A stretch of 64,000 nucleotides of DNA, taken from assembly GCA_964514995.1 (NCBI GenBank), contig CAZETA010000001.1:15148-79147 (forward strand). The letters are read 5' to 3'. Of the stretch, positions 18,683 through 29,252 are shown piece after piece. The notes below the pieces were generated by a model, which saw only the letters and a list, made by a program, of their open reading frames with translations, searched no databases and was not told the DNA's origin. The position numbers and the translations under genes are program-made. Position 1 is the first letter of the stretch, and every line of letters starts with the position of its first letter. Source of the stretch: an uncultured Gammaproteobacteria bacterium. Its GTDB lineage: Bacteria > Patescibacteriota > Patescibacteriia > Magasanikbacterales > GWA2-37-8.

Positions 18683-20776
18683 TTATTCAGGTTTCGGCCT
18701 AAAAATTCTTGATATCGGTTTTCTTACAAATTTTGTGCTGCAGTCTGCTGTGATACAAATCGCGCCGTAGACTACCTGTCCATCACTATATCTTTTGTTC
18801 GGATCAGTGGTTTGAAACTGCTGAACCTGGCCTTGAATCACTTGCGCTCTGCCGTCAGATAGCCATTTATCAAAAATCATGGCATGGTTGCCCCGACAAA
18901 CATCACCGTTTCCATTATATATCCAAAATGCATCTCCGGGCCTCATTTTTTTAATTGCTTCTGTTAGTTTAGTTTCGCTCAAGGTATACACTAGAGCGTC
19001 TAAGATTTTTTTAGTGGAGGCTGCCCTTGCATCGACACACTCTTTGCTTCTCTTGCCCTTATCTTTGCATGTTGTTTGGCAATCGGTCTGTTCTCGTGAC
19101 ATGCTATTTATATTGGTTGGCCAAGAGAAGATGGTTTCGGTATTTTCCTGTGTTTTACATCCGCCCTTTGTATACAGGCATGTTTTGGGATATTTAGGCG
19201 TTTCCACGCCGGCGAGAGAGAAAATCGTGCCAGCGGTTCTTCCGCAAGATCCAAATCGTACGCCACATTTTGCTGCAGCATCAGCTACTTGCAATATACG
19301 GTCTCCCGTTGTCTGGCCTGTAATAACAGTTTCGATTTTACTATAAAATTCAAGAGTACGAGCATCTTCATTCGGTGATTTTGCTTGCGCCTCAACAGGT
19401 AGGTCTAGAGTTATGGGGCAGGTAAGAAATTTAGGCGTCTCGTTTACGACTTCGTTTGCGTCTTCGGGCGATATAGTTTCCTCGGTAGTTTGCTGTATTT
19501 CGTTAAAGTCAGGCAAGTTTTTTCTTTCTACCACCTTCACCTTGAGCGCATTAAACTCGATAAGGTTAGGATTGACATTGTATAAGATTGCAAAAGAACC
19601 CCAGGCGATAACTAGGCCGATCAGGGCGTGTGTAATTTTTTTGTAGAATTCTTGGGTGCCTTCACCGCTAGCGCTAGATGTGATGATGCGTACCCCTGCT
19701 AAAATAATCATCACAACTGCCACAATACTGACTATTCCAATACCAAATTTGTATAGTGTAGAGATAAACTGAGCAATCCACGGAATAAGAATATATGTTC
19801 CGGTTTTGTCGCTTTTTATAAACGAGTCACTTAGTTTTAAGCCAGGAAAATTAATTTGCAGGAGGGGCTTTTTTGCGTTTATTTCGGCTAAAATAACTTC
19901 AAGCTTTGTCTTTGCAGACGTTTCTTCGGATTGTTGTTGACTGCAACCGTCGTTTATTAGATGGTCAAAAAAACAGAGTTCTGGTATTGCATAGTGATCT
20001 GCGGCAATCTTTGTGTAGGGTATCTTGGCGTTAGTGAGCTGGCTATAATAGTCTGCACCAAAACTTTTAATACTTGCGCCGTATCGATATGCGGACCTAA
20101 ATTCGTCTGAGTTGGATACATCTAACCCGTCTTTGTTTTCAGTATTAGGTTTTATGTAGATTCTTTTTTCACCGCTTGAATACGCGTTAATCTCGGAACA
20201 CCAGCTTGCCCAGCAGCCGTCAAATATCAGGATTTTTTCAGGGTTATAGTATTTCGCAAATTCTTTTACGATATTAGCGCCGGCCCCATGCCCAGCGACT
20301 GTTGAGATGGTTAAAGGGGAATTAAGCACTTTTGCATGCAGCGCAATTAACGCTTCCTGCAAGTATTTGTCAAATTTTTCTTTAGTAAATTCCTTTACGT
20401 GTAGTCCGTTACCCGCATCCATTTGAGGGATTAGAATGGCTATGTCTTCCTGTGCAGCACTGCGAAGGGAGACTTTACTACACCATTTAAATTCTTTGCA
20501 AACTGCTGCCGGGTCAATAATGTGACATTCTTTACAGGCGGGAGGATTTAGCCCGTGAAAAAAAAGATAAATTCGGTCTATTTTTTGGGCGTTTTTAGGA
20601 TAGATAATACCGTTTGTGCCATGTAAAAAGGCGGTTCCGTCAGTTGTTGTCGATTGGTAGGTATACAGAACGGCTCCATCAACTTCTTCTTCTGCGGCCC
20701 TGATTGAAGTAGGCAGTAAAAAAAACAGTGATGTAAAAAATAGCAGGAAAAATATTTTTTTTACGCCAATTTTCAT
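18683..20776 (-). CDS. Large secreted multidomain protein. It has a central TrbC/VirB2-like pilin segment and a C-terminal Cys/His (CHAP or NlpC/P60-like) putative hydrolase region.
   Basis: Signal peptide MKIGVKKIFFLLFFTSLFFLLPTSIRAAEE. Two-helix hairpin IVSIVAVVMIILAGVRIITSSASGEGTQEFYKKITHALIGLVIAWGSFAILY resembles the small protein at 52712. C-terminal FGSCGRTAG...GNHAMIFD Cys/His pair. Confidence 0.5.
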   Translation of the reverse strand: MKIGVKKIFFLLFFTSLFFLLPTSIRAAEEEVDGAVLYTYQSTTTDGTAFLHGTNGIIYPKNAQKIDRIYLFFHGLNPPACKECHIIDPAAVCKEFKWCSKVSLRSAAQEDIAILIPQMDAGNGLHVKEFTKEKFDKYLQEALIALHAKVLNSPLTISTVAGHGAGANIVKEFAKYYNPEKILIFDGCWASWCSEINAYSSGEKRIYIKPNTENKDGLDVSNSDEFRSAYRYGASIKSFGADYYSQLTNAKIPYTKIAADHYAIPELCFFDHLINDGCSQQQSEETSAKTKLEVILAEINAKKPLLQINFPGLKLSDSFIKSDKTGTYILIPWIAQFISTLYKFGIGIVSIVAVVMIILAGVRIITSSASGEGTQEFYKKITHALIGLVIAWGSFAILYNVNPNLIEFNALKVKVVERKNLPDFNEIQQTTEETISPEDANEVVNETPKFLTCPITLDLPVEAQAKSPNEDARTLEFYSKIETVITGQTTGDRILQVADAAAKCGVRFGSCGRTAGTIFSLAGVETPKYPKTCLYTKGGCKTQENTETIFSWPTNINSMSREQTDCQTTCKDKGKRSKECVDARAASTKKILDALVYTLSETKLTEAIKKMRPGDAFWIYNGNGDVCRGNHAMIFDKWLSDGRAQVIQGQVQQFQTTDPNKRYSDGQVVYGAICITADCSTKFVRKPISRIFRPKPE

Positions 20777-20777
20777 A

Positions 20778-21437
20778 TTATTTTTTTATGAACTGTGCCA
20801 GCATGTCGTTAAGATTGATGTCTTCACGAGTGTTAATCAGCTTGTTGTTTACAAAAATTATCGGCAATGCCCCCAAATCAAGACTTTTTTCAATCTGTAA
20901 GGACTCTTCGATTTTCTGTTTGGCTGCAGTGCCGTTTGCGCACTGCCAGATTTTTTCTGTATCAAGATTTAATCCCCGGGTCATATTGCTTATCTCAGAT
21001 TCGTTTAGGTTAGCCCTACTCTCGGCGGCAGCCTCTACAAACTGCCAAAATTTCTTTGTATCTTGTTGGGATATACACCAGCCAGCTCGGTTTGCTAAAT
21101 CAGAGTTTTTGGAAAATATTTTTTCTTTTGGAGCATCTTTCCAGATCAAGCGCATTTCTTGCGGATGTGTAGCTATGAATTCTTTAATTGCATTGTGAAA
21201 CGCCAAACACTGTCGACAGCTAAAGTCCATGAATTCTATAACAGTAATCGCCGCGCCAGGGTTGCCAAGGATAGGGTCGGTTTCAGAAATTGGTATGAAA
21301 GTACTCTTTTCGGAAATCAGAGGAGTCGGATTTCTTGTGACAGTAATTTCTTTGAAACGTTTGATCTGCGATAGGAATAATAAGCCGGCTAATGCGATCA
21401 GGGCGAATAAGAGAAGAAAAGTTTTTTTGTGTGGCAT
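20778..21437 (-). CDS. DsbA-like thiol:disulfide oxidoreductase (thioredoxin fold).
   Basis: N-terminal TM, CRQC active-site motif, thioredoxin-fold spacing. Confidence 0.65.
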   Translation of the reverse strand: MPHKKTFLLLFALIALAGLLFLSQIKRFKEITVTRNPTPLISEKSTFIPISETDPILGNPGAAITVIEFMDFSCRQCLAFHNAIKEFIATHPQEMRLIWKDAPKEKIFSKNSDLANRAGWCISQQDTKKFWQFVEAAAESRANLNESEISNMTRGLNLDTEKIWQCANGTAAKQKIEESLQIEKSLDLGALPIIFVNNKLINTREDINLNDMLAQFIKK

Positions 21438-21449
21438 ATAGAGCGAAGA

Positions 21450-22679
21450 TTACAGCTGTGATTCAAATACACCAGTCTTGTTTAAGTCGGTAAATATAAT
21501 TTTATTTTTTGCCGCATCGTAAAAAATATTACTTATATTGTAATCAGCGTTTAGACTGATCGGTGTTTTGGTGTTGGTTTTTAGATCGATTTTATATAGA
21601 CTGTCAGAGCTGTATCTGGCAACTTCACGGGAAAGACCCGCGCCAGTGGGCAGTTCGTTTGGTACGGCGCAATAAATCGTTTCATCATTTGCAAAAGTGC
21701 ATTTGTCAGCCCAAGTATTTAGTTGAAGCAGCTTGCGATTATCGCCGATACTGTCTCCGTAAGCATCGGTTAGCCATAATTCCGGTTTGAAGTCGCTGCG
21801 TGAATTGTAGACGCTGTAGAGTAGTTTTTTTCCAGAACTAGACCATTGAGGTGAAAATCCAGCTCCTTCGACGATGGCAGATTTGAAGTTTTCTCCGTTA
21901 AGACCGATAAAAAGAACTTCCCGTCGTTCACCGCCTTGCGGCTCTCCGGTTTGGGAGAATGCCACTACTTGCTGGCTAGGAGACCAGTTGATGATTACTT
22001 TATCGGCATTCTCGCCCATAGGCTCTATAAATTTTGCGCCTGTAAAATCAGTATTAGCCGTTATCAGCCATCTGCTTGATGGATCAAGGCCAAGACTTTT
22101 GGCTGCAATTTGATTGCCATCTCCGGAGAATGAGAAGTCTTGCCAATGCTTTGGCAAACTTACTTGTTTGTTTGTGTCAAAATTATATATTATTTTTGAA
22201 TTATCGGGATATTCAATCACTGCCTGGTTTTTATTTTTTGCCCAAGTTACTTTTTGGGCGTTATAAAAAACTTGATCAGACAATTGTTTGGTTTCACCGT
22301 TCGGGGTGATGCGGTAAAATTTACCATCATCTGCGCTGTAGTAGCGGAAATCACCGCCGTTACTGAGTGATGGATTGGTAGCTGTTTCGCTTAGAATTTG
22401 GTTAGTTTGTGACGGTTTGTAATAGGTAGGATTTTCTGATTGGATAATGCTTGAAACAGGCAGGAGTTCTCCGTTTGGACCCACCGCAGTGTTTACTGTG
22501 GAAGTGGTTTTTACTCCCGATTCAGGGAATTGGCCAGCGGTTGAAGAGGGAGGGTTTGCCCCATCTGTATTCTGTCCAATTTGCGAGGTTTTTATAAAGA
22601 AATAGTATAAGCCGTAACCTACCAAACCGGCAACGGTCAATAAAAGAATGGCCAAAAATACTCGTTTCGCTATAGACAT
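21450..22679 (-). CDS. Membrane-anchored WD40-like (PD40/TolB-like) beta-propeller protein.
   Basis: N-terminal TM. Repeated motifs of the YYSADDGKFYRI / LLYSVYNSRSDFKPELWLTDAYG type, typical of PD40 repeats. Confidence 0.5.
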   Translation of the reverse strand: MSIAKRVFLAILLLTVAGLVGYGLYYFFIKTSQIGQNTDGANPPSSTAGQFPESGVKTTSTVNTAVGPNGELLPVSSIIQSENPTYYKPSQTNQILSETATNPSLSNGGDFRYYSADDGKFYRITPNGETKQLSDQVFYNAQKVTWAKNKNQAVIEYPDNSKIIYNFDTNKQVSLPKHWQDFSFSGDGNQIAAKSLGLDPSSRWLITANTDFTGAKFIEPMGENADKVIINWSPSQQVVAFSQTGEPQGGERREVLFIGLNGENFKSAIVEGAGFSPQWSSSGKKLLYSVYNSRSDFKPELWLTDAYGDSIGDNRKLLQLNTWADKCTFANDETIYCAVPNELPTGAGLSREVARYSSDSLYKIDLKTNTKTPISLNADYNISNIFYDAAKNKIIFTDLNKTGVFESQL

Positions 22680-22770
22680 ATATATGCAAGTTAAGTCCTC
22701 ATGTATACCTATTATACCACAAAATTTCTACGGTTTATTCTCTCAGAGCCTATCTGTCTAATAATGGAAA

Positions 22771-23601
22771 TTACATTTGGATTTGTTTTTTTGCCGCAGC
22801 AAGTTTACTAAGTTGTTTTCCGATGTCGACTTTTTTCTGGAGCACTTTAATTTGATTTTGCCAGGCAAGTTTTTGCTTTTTAAGGTCCTCTATTAATTCA
22901 TTGACTTGTTGTGTGATACGGCCTTTGAAAAAAGGGATTTTTCCAATAAAATAAAATATTGCTAAGAATGGGGCGTATAGCGGCGATAGAACGACAGCAA
23001 TTATTGGAATAAAGATCGTTGGCAGTGTGAATAGAACTACGCGTATGAGGAAGATAAGTATATCTAGTACGGCTGCAAGTAGCTTCGCCCCCGTCAGTAC
23101 GCCGATAAGAGCGCTAATCGTCCCTATCAATTTCTCCAGAGCCTTCATTTTCGGTTCATCCGCTAAGTTTTTTGCTGTTTTTTTTAACTGGTCCACTATC
23201 TCCTCTATAAGAAAAGTTATTCTAGGCTGGAAGAAGCGAAATAAGCCTAGGGCGCCGCTTTTTCTCTTAAAATCAGTCAGGCTGCCCTCGAGTTCGTCTA
23301 ACTCTTTTTTCAATTGAGCTTCTTGTTGAGCGATTTGCGCCAGCTGGCGTTGTTTATTGTCTGACATTTGCCCCGCAATTTCTGCCTCCGCTTCAGGAGG
23401 TATTTTGTTTGGTTCCCCCGCTTGGACAATTTTAGGCGAGCTGTTGTTCCAAAAAGCAACGTCGCTTATCCAGGGAGTTTTTATGGTTTGATTGTTTTGA
23501 CCCGAGACTCTTTGTCCGCCAGCTGATAACGCCTGTTCGCGAACTAAAGAGTCGCGAATTTCGGCGTCGGTATTTGTGGGCAAAGACTGGCTATTTGCCA
23601 T
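22771..23601 (-). CDS. Coiled-coil protein with two C-terminal TM helices. Unknown function.
   Basis: Gln/Lys-rich coiled coil and a hydrophobic hairpin. Confidence 0.4.
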   Translation of the reverse strand: MANSQSLPTNTDAEIRDSLVREQALSAGGQRVSGQNNQTIKTPWISDVAFWNNSSPKIVQAGEPNKIPPEAEAEIAGQMSDNKQRQLAQIAQQEAQLKKELDELEGSLTDFKRKSGALGLFRFFQPRITFLIEEIVDQLKKTAKNLADEPKMKALEKLIGTISALIGVLTGAKLLAAVLDILIFLIRVVLFTLPTIFIPIIAVVLSPLYAPFLAIFYFIGKIPFFKGRITQQVNELIEDLKKQKLAWQNQIKVLQKKVDIGKQLSKLAAAKKQIQM

Positions 23602-23608
23602 AGATTAT

Positions 23609-26110
23609 TTATTGTATGGCCAATGTATTATTCTGCAAGACAAGACGGTGAGTTGGTTTGATTTTTTCTTTGAGAATAATATCGGCCATGAGTTTTTCTA
23701 TATCGCGACGAATTGTGCGCCGGATTTCTCGCGCACTGTTATTATCCGGTTGATGTTCAACAAACCAAGTAAATACGCCATCCTTTGTTCTTAGAGTGGT
23801 ATGGTAGTTCTCTAACTGTTTATTAAGATCGTTAATTTCAAGAGCGGCAATTTTTGCCAAGTCAGATTTATCCAAAGTTTTAAATAAAGAGATTTGATCA
23901 AGACGGTGTATTAGTTCTGGAGAAAAAAAATCTTTTAATTTCTCCGTGACCAGTTTTTTATTATCAGTATGTGATTGATTTTTATTAAAACCAATTTGTG
24001 ATTTTTTGATGTCATTTGCTCCTAAAGAGGTGGTAAGAATAATAATAGCATGTTTAAGAGAAATAGTTTTACCAATCGAATCAGTAACGGTGCCGTTTTC
24101 TAGTATTTGAAGCAAGAGTTTGCTGACATCTTTATGCGCTTTGTCTATCTCGTCAAAAAGAATCACGCAATACGGATTCATTTTGATGCGGTCGGTAAAT
24201 TGGTTTGCTTCTTTGTAGCCAACATATCCAGCCGGAGAGCCGAGCAGTTTGGAAACGCCAAAACCTTCGTTAAATTCGCTCATATTCAGGTGAATAAGCG
24301 AGTTTTGGTGTGGATATAGCGTTTTGGCCAGCATTTTTGCCAATTCGGTTTTGCCAACACCGCTTTCACCGACAAAAAGAAACGAGGCTAAGGGCCGGTT
24401 GGGGCTGGATAGTTCTAGTTGGGTTTGTAGGATAATTTGGGAAACCTCTCGCAATACTTCGTCTTGGCCGATAATGTGTTTGCGAAGCTCGGTCTCTAAC
24501 CCGGAGGTGCGAGTCTTTCCGTCAAAAGAAATATTTTTTATCGGGGCGTTAATAGTTTTAGCCAACTGTTCCATCACGTCTTTGTCGGTGATAGTCTCAA
24601 GTCTTACTTTCTTATTTTTTGGCGTCGAAATTTTATCTTCTAGGTTTTTTATATCTTTCAAAAGCTGCTGTTCTTTTTCTTTTAACTTTACGGCTTCATC
24701 AAATTGTTCGCCACTCGCTGCATCTTCTTTGGTGGTGACAACCTTGGCAAGTTCCTGCTTTAGTTGTTGGAGTTTTGATTTTAGCGCGCTTGGTTTTAGT
24801 GACAGTCGTTTGGCTGCGGCAGTCTCGTCAAGCAAGTCGATAGCTTTGTCTGGCAATAACTTATTTGTAATATAGCGATCCGCTAAGATAGCGGCTTTAG
24901 TGATGGCTGCGTCAGTGATAAGTAGATTGTGGTAGGCCTCATAATTTTTTTTGATACCTATCATGATTTTGATGGTGTCTGCCACGGAAGATTCTTTGAC
25001 GTGCACAGGTTGGAAGCGGCGCTCGAGCGCTGCGTCGCTTTCAATATGTTTTTTAAATTCCGCCGGGGTGGTCGCGCCGATACAGCGGATTTGTCCGCGA
25101 GCCAAGGCGGGTTTGAGTAGATTAGCAGCGTCCATATTGCCTTGATTGGATCCGGCGCCGATAATATTGTGCAGTTCATCGATAAATAGAATGACGTCTT
25201 CGTTTTCGCTTGCTTCTTCTATTACTTGCCGCAATCTTCCCTCAAATTCGCCGCGATAGGCAGTGCCCGCTATCATCATGCCCATATCGAGTGCGTAGAT
25301 TTTTTTACCAAGCAAAATATCCGGCACATCGCCAGCGGCAATTTTTTTGGCCAGACCTTCGACAATTGCGGTCTTACCGACCCCAGGATCGCCGAGAAGA
25401 ATCGGATTGTTTTTGGTGCGGCGACAGAGGATCTGCATCATGCGTTCGATTTCGTTCGTACGGCCGATAACCGGATCGATGCCAGGCTCGATTTCCGGAC
25501 TCGTCAACTCAACACCAAAAAAATCCAGAGCAGATTCTTTTTTATAATGTTTTTTATGGGATGTCATAGCGGAGTTTTGTTGAGAGGCCAGAAACGCATC
25601 GTCAGACAGGCTTTCTTGAATACGGTCAATGACCTCGGGAATTTTATTGATCTGGGGGAATTGAGAAGCGTTAGTCAAAACAACATCCACCTGTTCTTCC
25701 AGCTCGCTTTTTTGTATCTTGTTTTGTTTGAAAAGCTGCTCGAGCCTTTCGTCTGTGACAGCAATAAGCGCGGCCAGTAAATGTTCAGTACCCAGATAAT
25801 TGTGTTTGTTTTGCTGGGCGACGATAATGGCTTTTTCCAACGCGCTCTTGGCATTGGTAGAGAATGGTGACAATTGGGCGTATGGTTTTTGGACAGAGGC
25901 AGGCTTGAATTTGATGAGTACATCTTCGATTTTTTTGGCGTCCAAATTATACCGGCCCAAAATTTCATTGGCCATTGAGCCTTTTTGTAGAGAGAGTGCC
26001 AGGAGAAGGTGAGTAGGCTCAACAGAAAGACTTTCGAGGTTCGTGGCAATCTCGATACTTTTCATAAGCACCTCGCGCAGGTTGGTGGAAAAACGGTCAA
26101 TTATTGACAT
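23609..26110 (-). CDS. clpC: Clp/Hsp100 AAA+ chaperone, ClpC-type.
   Basis: Clp_N repeats, two AAA+ modules (GDPGVGKT, GESGVGKT), a short middle domain, 833 aa. Confidence 0.8.
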   Translation of the reverse strand: MSIIDRFSTNLREVLMKSIEIATNLESLSVEPTHLLLALSLQKGSMANEILGRYNLDAKKIEDVLIKFKPASVQKPYAQLSPFSTNAKSALEKAIIVAQQNKHNYLGTEHLLAALIAVTDERLEQLFKQNKIQKSELEEQVDVVLTNASQFPQINKIPEVIDRIQESLSDDAFLASQQNSAMTSHKKHYKKESALDFFGVELTSPEIEPGIDPVIGRTNEIERMMQILCRRTKNNPILLGDPGVGKTAIVEGLAKKIAAGDVPDILLGKKIYALDMGMMIAGTAYRGEFEGRLRQVIEEASENEDVILFIDELHNIIGAGSNQGNMDAANLLKPALARGQIRCIGATTPAEFKKHIESDAALERRFQPVHVKESSVADTIKIMIGIKKNYEAYHNLLITDAAITKAAILADRYITNKLLPDKAIDLLDETAAAKRLSLKPSALKSKLQQLKQELAKVVTTKEDAASGEQFDEAVKLKEKEQQLLKDIKNLEDKISTPKNKKVRLETITDKDVMEQLAKTINAPIKNISFDGKTRTSGLETELRKHIIGQDEVLREVSQIILQTQLELSSPNRPLASFLFVGESGVGKTELAKMLAKTLYPHQNSLIHLNMSEFNEGFGVSKLLGSPAGYVGYKEANQFTDRIKMNPYCVILFDEIDKAHKDVSKLLLQILENGTVTDSIGKTISLKHAIIILTTSLGANDIKKSQIGFNKNQSHTDNKKLVTEKLKDFFSPELIHRLDQISLFKTLDKSDLAKIAALEINDLNKQLENYHTTLRTKDGVFTWFVEHQPDNNSAREIRRTIRRDIEKLMADIILKEKIKPTHRLVLQNNTLAIQ

Positions 26111-26188
26111 ATAATTTTGACTTGAATTAGCAGGTAATATATACTAAAAACGCTCATAAGTCAAAGTGTTTTTCATCTAAAAAATTTT

Positions 26189-27556
26189 ATGGAAATAGTT
26201 AAAAATATCTTTAAAGCCTACGATATCAGAGGCGTGTATCCGAGCGAGTTGGATGAAGAGGTTGCCTATCGTACCGGCCGGGCTTTTGCCGAACTGATTA
26301 AATCTGAGAATCGGGGGAAAAATTTGACGGTGGCAGTTGGTCAGGACATGAGAAATTCTTCGCCGAGTTTGTTTGCGGCAGTGACGCGGGGAATTATGGA
26401 GCAAGGGGTTGATGTTGTTGATATCGGCCTGGTGTCTACGCCAACCTTTTATTTTGGTGTTAGTTATTACGGCTATGATGCCGGATTGCAAGTGTCTGCT
26501 TCGCATAATCCGGGCAAGTACAATGGTTTCAAGATGACTCGAGCCAAGGCTGTGCCAGTGAGTGGCGATACAGGTATTATGCAAATCAGAGATAGAGTAG
26601 TTGAAGATACTTTTCCTCAAGTTATGGAGAAGGGAAGTATGTCAAAGCGTGAAGGAGTCTTGCAAGATCAAATACGATTTGGGCTAACACAAGCTGATAT
26701 CAGTAAAATAAAGTCTTATAAAATTGTAGTTGATACAGCTAATGGCATGGGCGGCCCTCTTATGAAGGAACTTTTTAAAAATCTACCATGCGAACTGGTA
26801 CCGCTGTATTTTGAACTTGATGGGAATTTTCCTAATCACGAAGCCGACCCGCTCAAAGATGAGAATAATAAAGCGTTGCAGCAAAAAGTGGTAGAGATCG
26901 GAGCTGATTTGGGTATTGCGCTTGATGGTGATGCAGACAGGATTTTCTTTATAGACAACGCCGGTATGACCGTCGAGCCAGCCATTATGCGGGGCATATT
27001 GGCAAAGATTTTCTTGCGAGACAATCCAGGCGCGAATATCTGTTATGATATTCGTCCGGGGAAAATCACAATAGATATGATAGAAGAAAACGGCGGAGTG
27101 CCGGTAGTGACGCGAGTAGGACATTCACTCATCAAGGAAAAAATGCGCGAAGTAGATTCGCCATTTTCGGGAGAGTCATCCGGACACTTTTTTGTCAAAA
27201 TGCCGTACGGTTCATTTGAGATGCCGGAAATTATTGCATTAAAAGTTTTAGAAGAGTTATCTGCGAGTGGAAAAAATATGGCTGAGTATATTGCGCCACT
27301 ACAAAAATATTTTCATTCTGGAGAAATAAATTTTACCGTGGCTAATAAAGAAGCGGTATTTGCAAAGTTGAAAGAAACGTATGGAGCAAATTTGCAGTAT
27401 GATTTTGACGGCCTTTCTTTTGCCTGGCCTGACTGGTGGTTCAATGTCCGGGCTTCTAATACTGAAAATAAAATGAGGTTGAATTTAGAGGCTGTCAGTG
27501 AAGGGGTGATGGGTGAGAAGGTTGTAGAGGTAAGCAAGATTGTAAAAGGAGAGTAG
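26189..27556 (+). CDS. Phosphomannomutase/phosphoglucomutase family (alpha-D-phosphohexomutase).
   Basis: Active-site SASHNPGKYNG, metal-binding DGDADR, sugar-binding GESSGH. Confidence 0.8.
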   Translation: MEIVKNIFKAYDIRGVYPSELDEEVAYRTGRAFAELIKSENRGKNLTVAVGQDMRNSSPSLFAAVTRGIMEQGVDVVDIGLVSTPTFYFGVSYYGYDAGLQVSASHNPGKYNGFKMTRAKAVPVSGDTGIMQIRDRVVEDTFPQVMEKGSMSKREGVLQDQIRFGLTQADISKIKSYKIVVDTANGMGGPLMKELFKNLPCELVPLYFELDGNFPNHEADPLKDENNKALQQKVVEIGADLGIALDGDADRIFFIDNAGMTVEPAIMRGILAKIFLRDNPGANICYDIRPGKITIDMIEENGGVPVVTRVGHSLIKEKMREVDSPFSGESSGHFFVKMPYGSFEMPEIIALKVLEELSASGKNMAEYIAPLQKYFHSGEINFTVANKEAVFAKLKETYGANLQYDFDGLSFAWPDWWFNVRASNTENKMRLNLEAVSEGVMGEKVVEVSKIVKGE

Positions 27557-27557
27557 T

Positions 27558-27989
27558 TTACGCATCAAAAAAATTTTTTCCAGTCCGTAAGGCTTCAAAA
27601 TAATTGTTCATAGTGCCGTATAGATTGGCGGGTAAGTTTTGTAAATCATACCATTCCCAACTCTCGCATTTGTCTGGTTCCATTACTTTTGGTTCGCCAC
27701 TTTTCCAATCCGCCACCAGGCCAATGTTCACATAATGTTTTGGAGCGTAATTTTTTAGATTATACAAACTCAAAAATCTAACATTTTGTATTTCAATTCC
27801 AGCCTCTTCAAGTGTTTCTCGTTTTGCGCATTCTTCAAAAGACTCCATGTGTTCTAGGTGTCCACCTGGCCCGGCATATTCATCTTCACCATCGCCGCCG
27901 GCATTCTTCCTTTTGCCTAAAAGTACTTTTCCGTCCTTAAAAATAACAACACCGATACCGACTTTAGGACGCTGGTCGGAAGTTTGCAT
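27558..27989 (-). CDS. NUDIX hydrolase.
   Basis: Nudix box GGHLEHMESFEECAKRETLEEAGI. Confidence 0.75.
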   Translation of the reverse strand: MQTSDQRPKVGIGVVIFKDGKVLLGKRKNAGGDGEDEYAGPGGHLEHMESFEECAKRETLEEAGIEIQNVRFLSLYNLKNYAPKHYVNIGLVADWKSGEPKVMEPDKCESWEWYDLQNLPANLYGTMNNYFEALRTGKNFFDA

Positions 27990-27994
27990 ATTTA

Positions 27995-28861
27995 TTAAAT
28001 AACTACATTACGTAGTTTGTTTATCCGATCCTGAATCGGAGGATGAGTGGAAAATAAATTGGCGAGTTTTTTGCCTGAGAAAGGATTGGCAAAAAAGAGA
28101 TGGGCCGTGGCCTTGCTGGCTCTTTGCATGGGTATATTTTCTGCGGCAATTTTTTCCAAGGCATTTGCCAAGGCTTGTGGGTAGCGGGTAAGCAGCGATC
28201 CTGAGGCGTCAGCCAGATATTCACGGCGACGAGAAATGGCAAGTTTTATGAGCTCGGCTATAAGGGGAGAGAGGATAGCTAAGATTACGCCAACGATCAT
28301 CAGCACAGCCATGGCCTGTCCACCTTCACGACTATCGCGACGGCGAAAAAGATTGGTCCGTAAGAAAATATCGGCTAAAATTGTGATAGCGCCGACCATA
28401 ACAGCGACAAGCATCATGAAGCGAATATCATAGTTTTGGATGTGGGATAGCTCATGCGCCAAGACCCCCTCTAACTCTTCGTTGGTTAATTTTTCTATAG
28501 CGCCGGTAGTTACCGCCACTGAAGCGGTCTCTGGTTTGCGGCCGGTGGCAAAGGCGTTGATAGCTGGATCGGGGATAATATATATTTTTGGTACTGGCAT
28601 GCCGCTGGTGATACACAGATTTTCTATCATCCGAGAGACATACGGGTTATCCTCCTTAGCAATAGGCTTAGCGCCGCTCGTAAACAAGGCAATCTTATCT
28701 CCTTTAAAATAAGAAACGCTCGTCATGAGCACGGAGAATATAACAGCCAGAAATATTCCTTCGTAGCCAGCAAACAAATACCCTAAACCAAGGATAATAA
28801 TAATAAATATCATCATGAGGACTACTGAGCGTCTTTTGTTTGAGGTTATTTGGGAATACAT
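27995..28861 (-). CDS. htpX: Zinc metalloprotease HtpX (M48).
   Basis: HELSHI zinc motif and TM helices. Confidence 0.8.
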   Translation of the reverse strand: MYSQITSNKRRSVVLMMIFIIIILGLGYLFAGYEGIFLAVIFSVLMTSVSYFKGDKIALFTSGAKPIAKEDNPYVSRMIENLCITSGMPVPKIYIIPDPAINAFATGRKPETASVAVTTGAIEKLTNEELEGVLAHELSHIQNYDIRFMMLVAVMVGAITILADIFLRTNLFRRRDSREGGQAMAVLMIVGVILAILSPLIAELIKLAISRRREYLADASGSLLTRYPQALANALEKIAAENIPMQRASKATAHLFFANPFSGKKLANLFSTHPPIQDRINKLRNVVI

Positions 28862-28864
28862 ATT

Positions 28865-29230
28865 TTATTTTTTATATTCCCCAATGTACGTAACTCGACA
28901 ATTGTTGCTATAATTAAAGAGTTCTAAGAGAAATTTGTTGTCTTTATCCGTCCAACGAAGTGATCGGGCGATCCCATAGTTTGTAACTTCTGAATGTTGA
29001 AACATGAGTATCCCGTACTTTTTAGAATAAAAAACAATATCATCAAAGTTATAGCTAGTCTCAGTCCCTGCAGTGATTAAATCTGTCATTTCTTTAATTT
29101 CATCACCTTCTTTTATGCCCTCTGCTAACTCGAATCCAATTTTATCCATTTTAGCTACTTCTACTTTTATTTTTTCTAAAGACAGCCTTGCCATATCTGC
29201 ATTTTTTCTGTATACTGCATCGTCTTCCAT
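28865..29230 (-). CDS. Hypothetical protein.
   Basis: ORF located between htpX and lemA. No recognisable motif. Confidence 0.4.
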   Translation of the reverse strand: MEDDAVYRKNADMARLSLEKIKVEVAKMDKIGFELAEGIKEGDEIKEMTDLITAGTETSYNFDDIVFYSKKYGILMFQHSEVTNYGIARSLRWTDKDNKFLLELFNYSNNCRVTYIGEYKK

Positions 29231-29252
29231 ATTACACTGCTAGTTACTAAAT

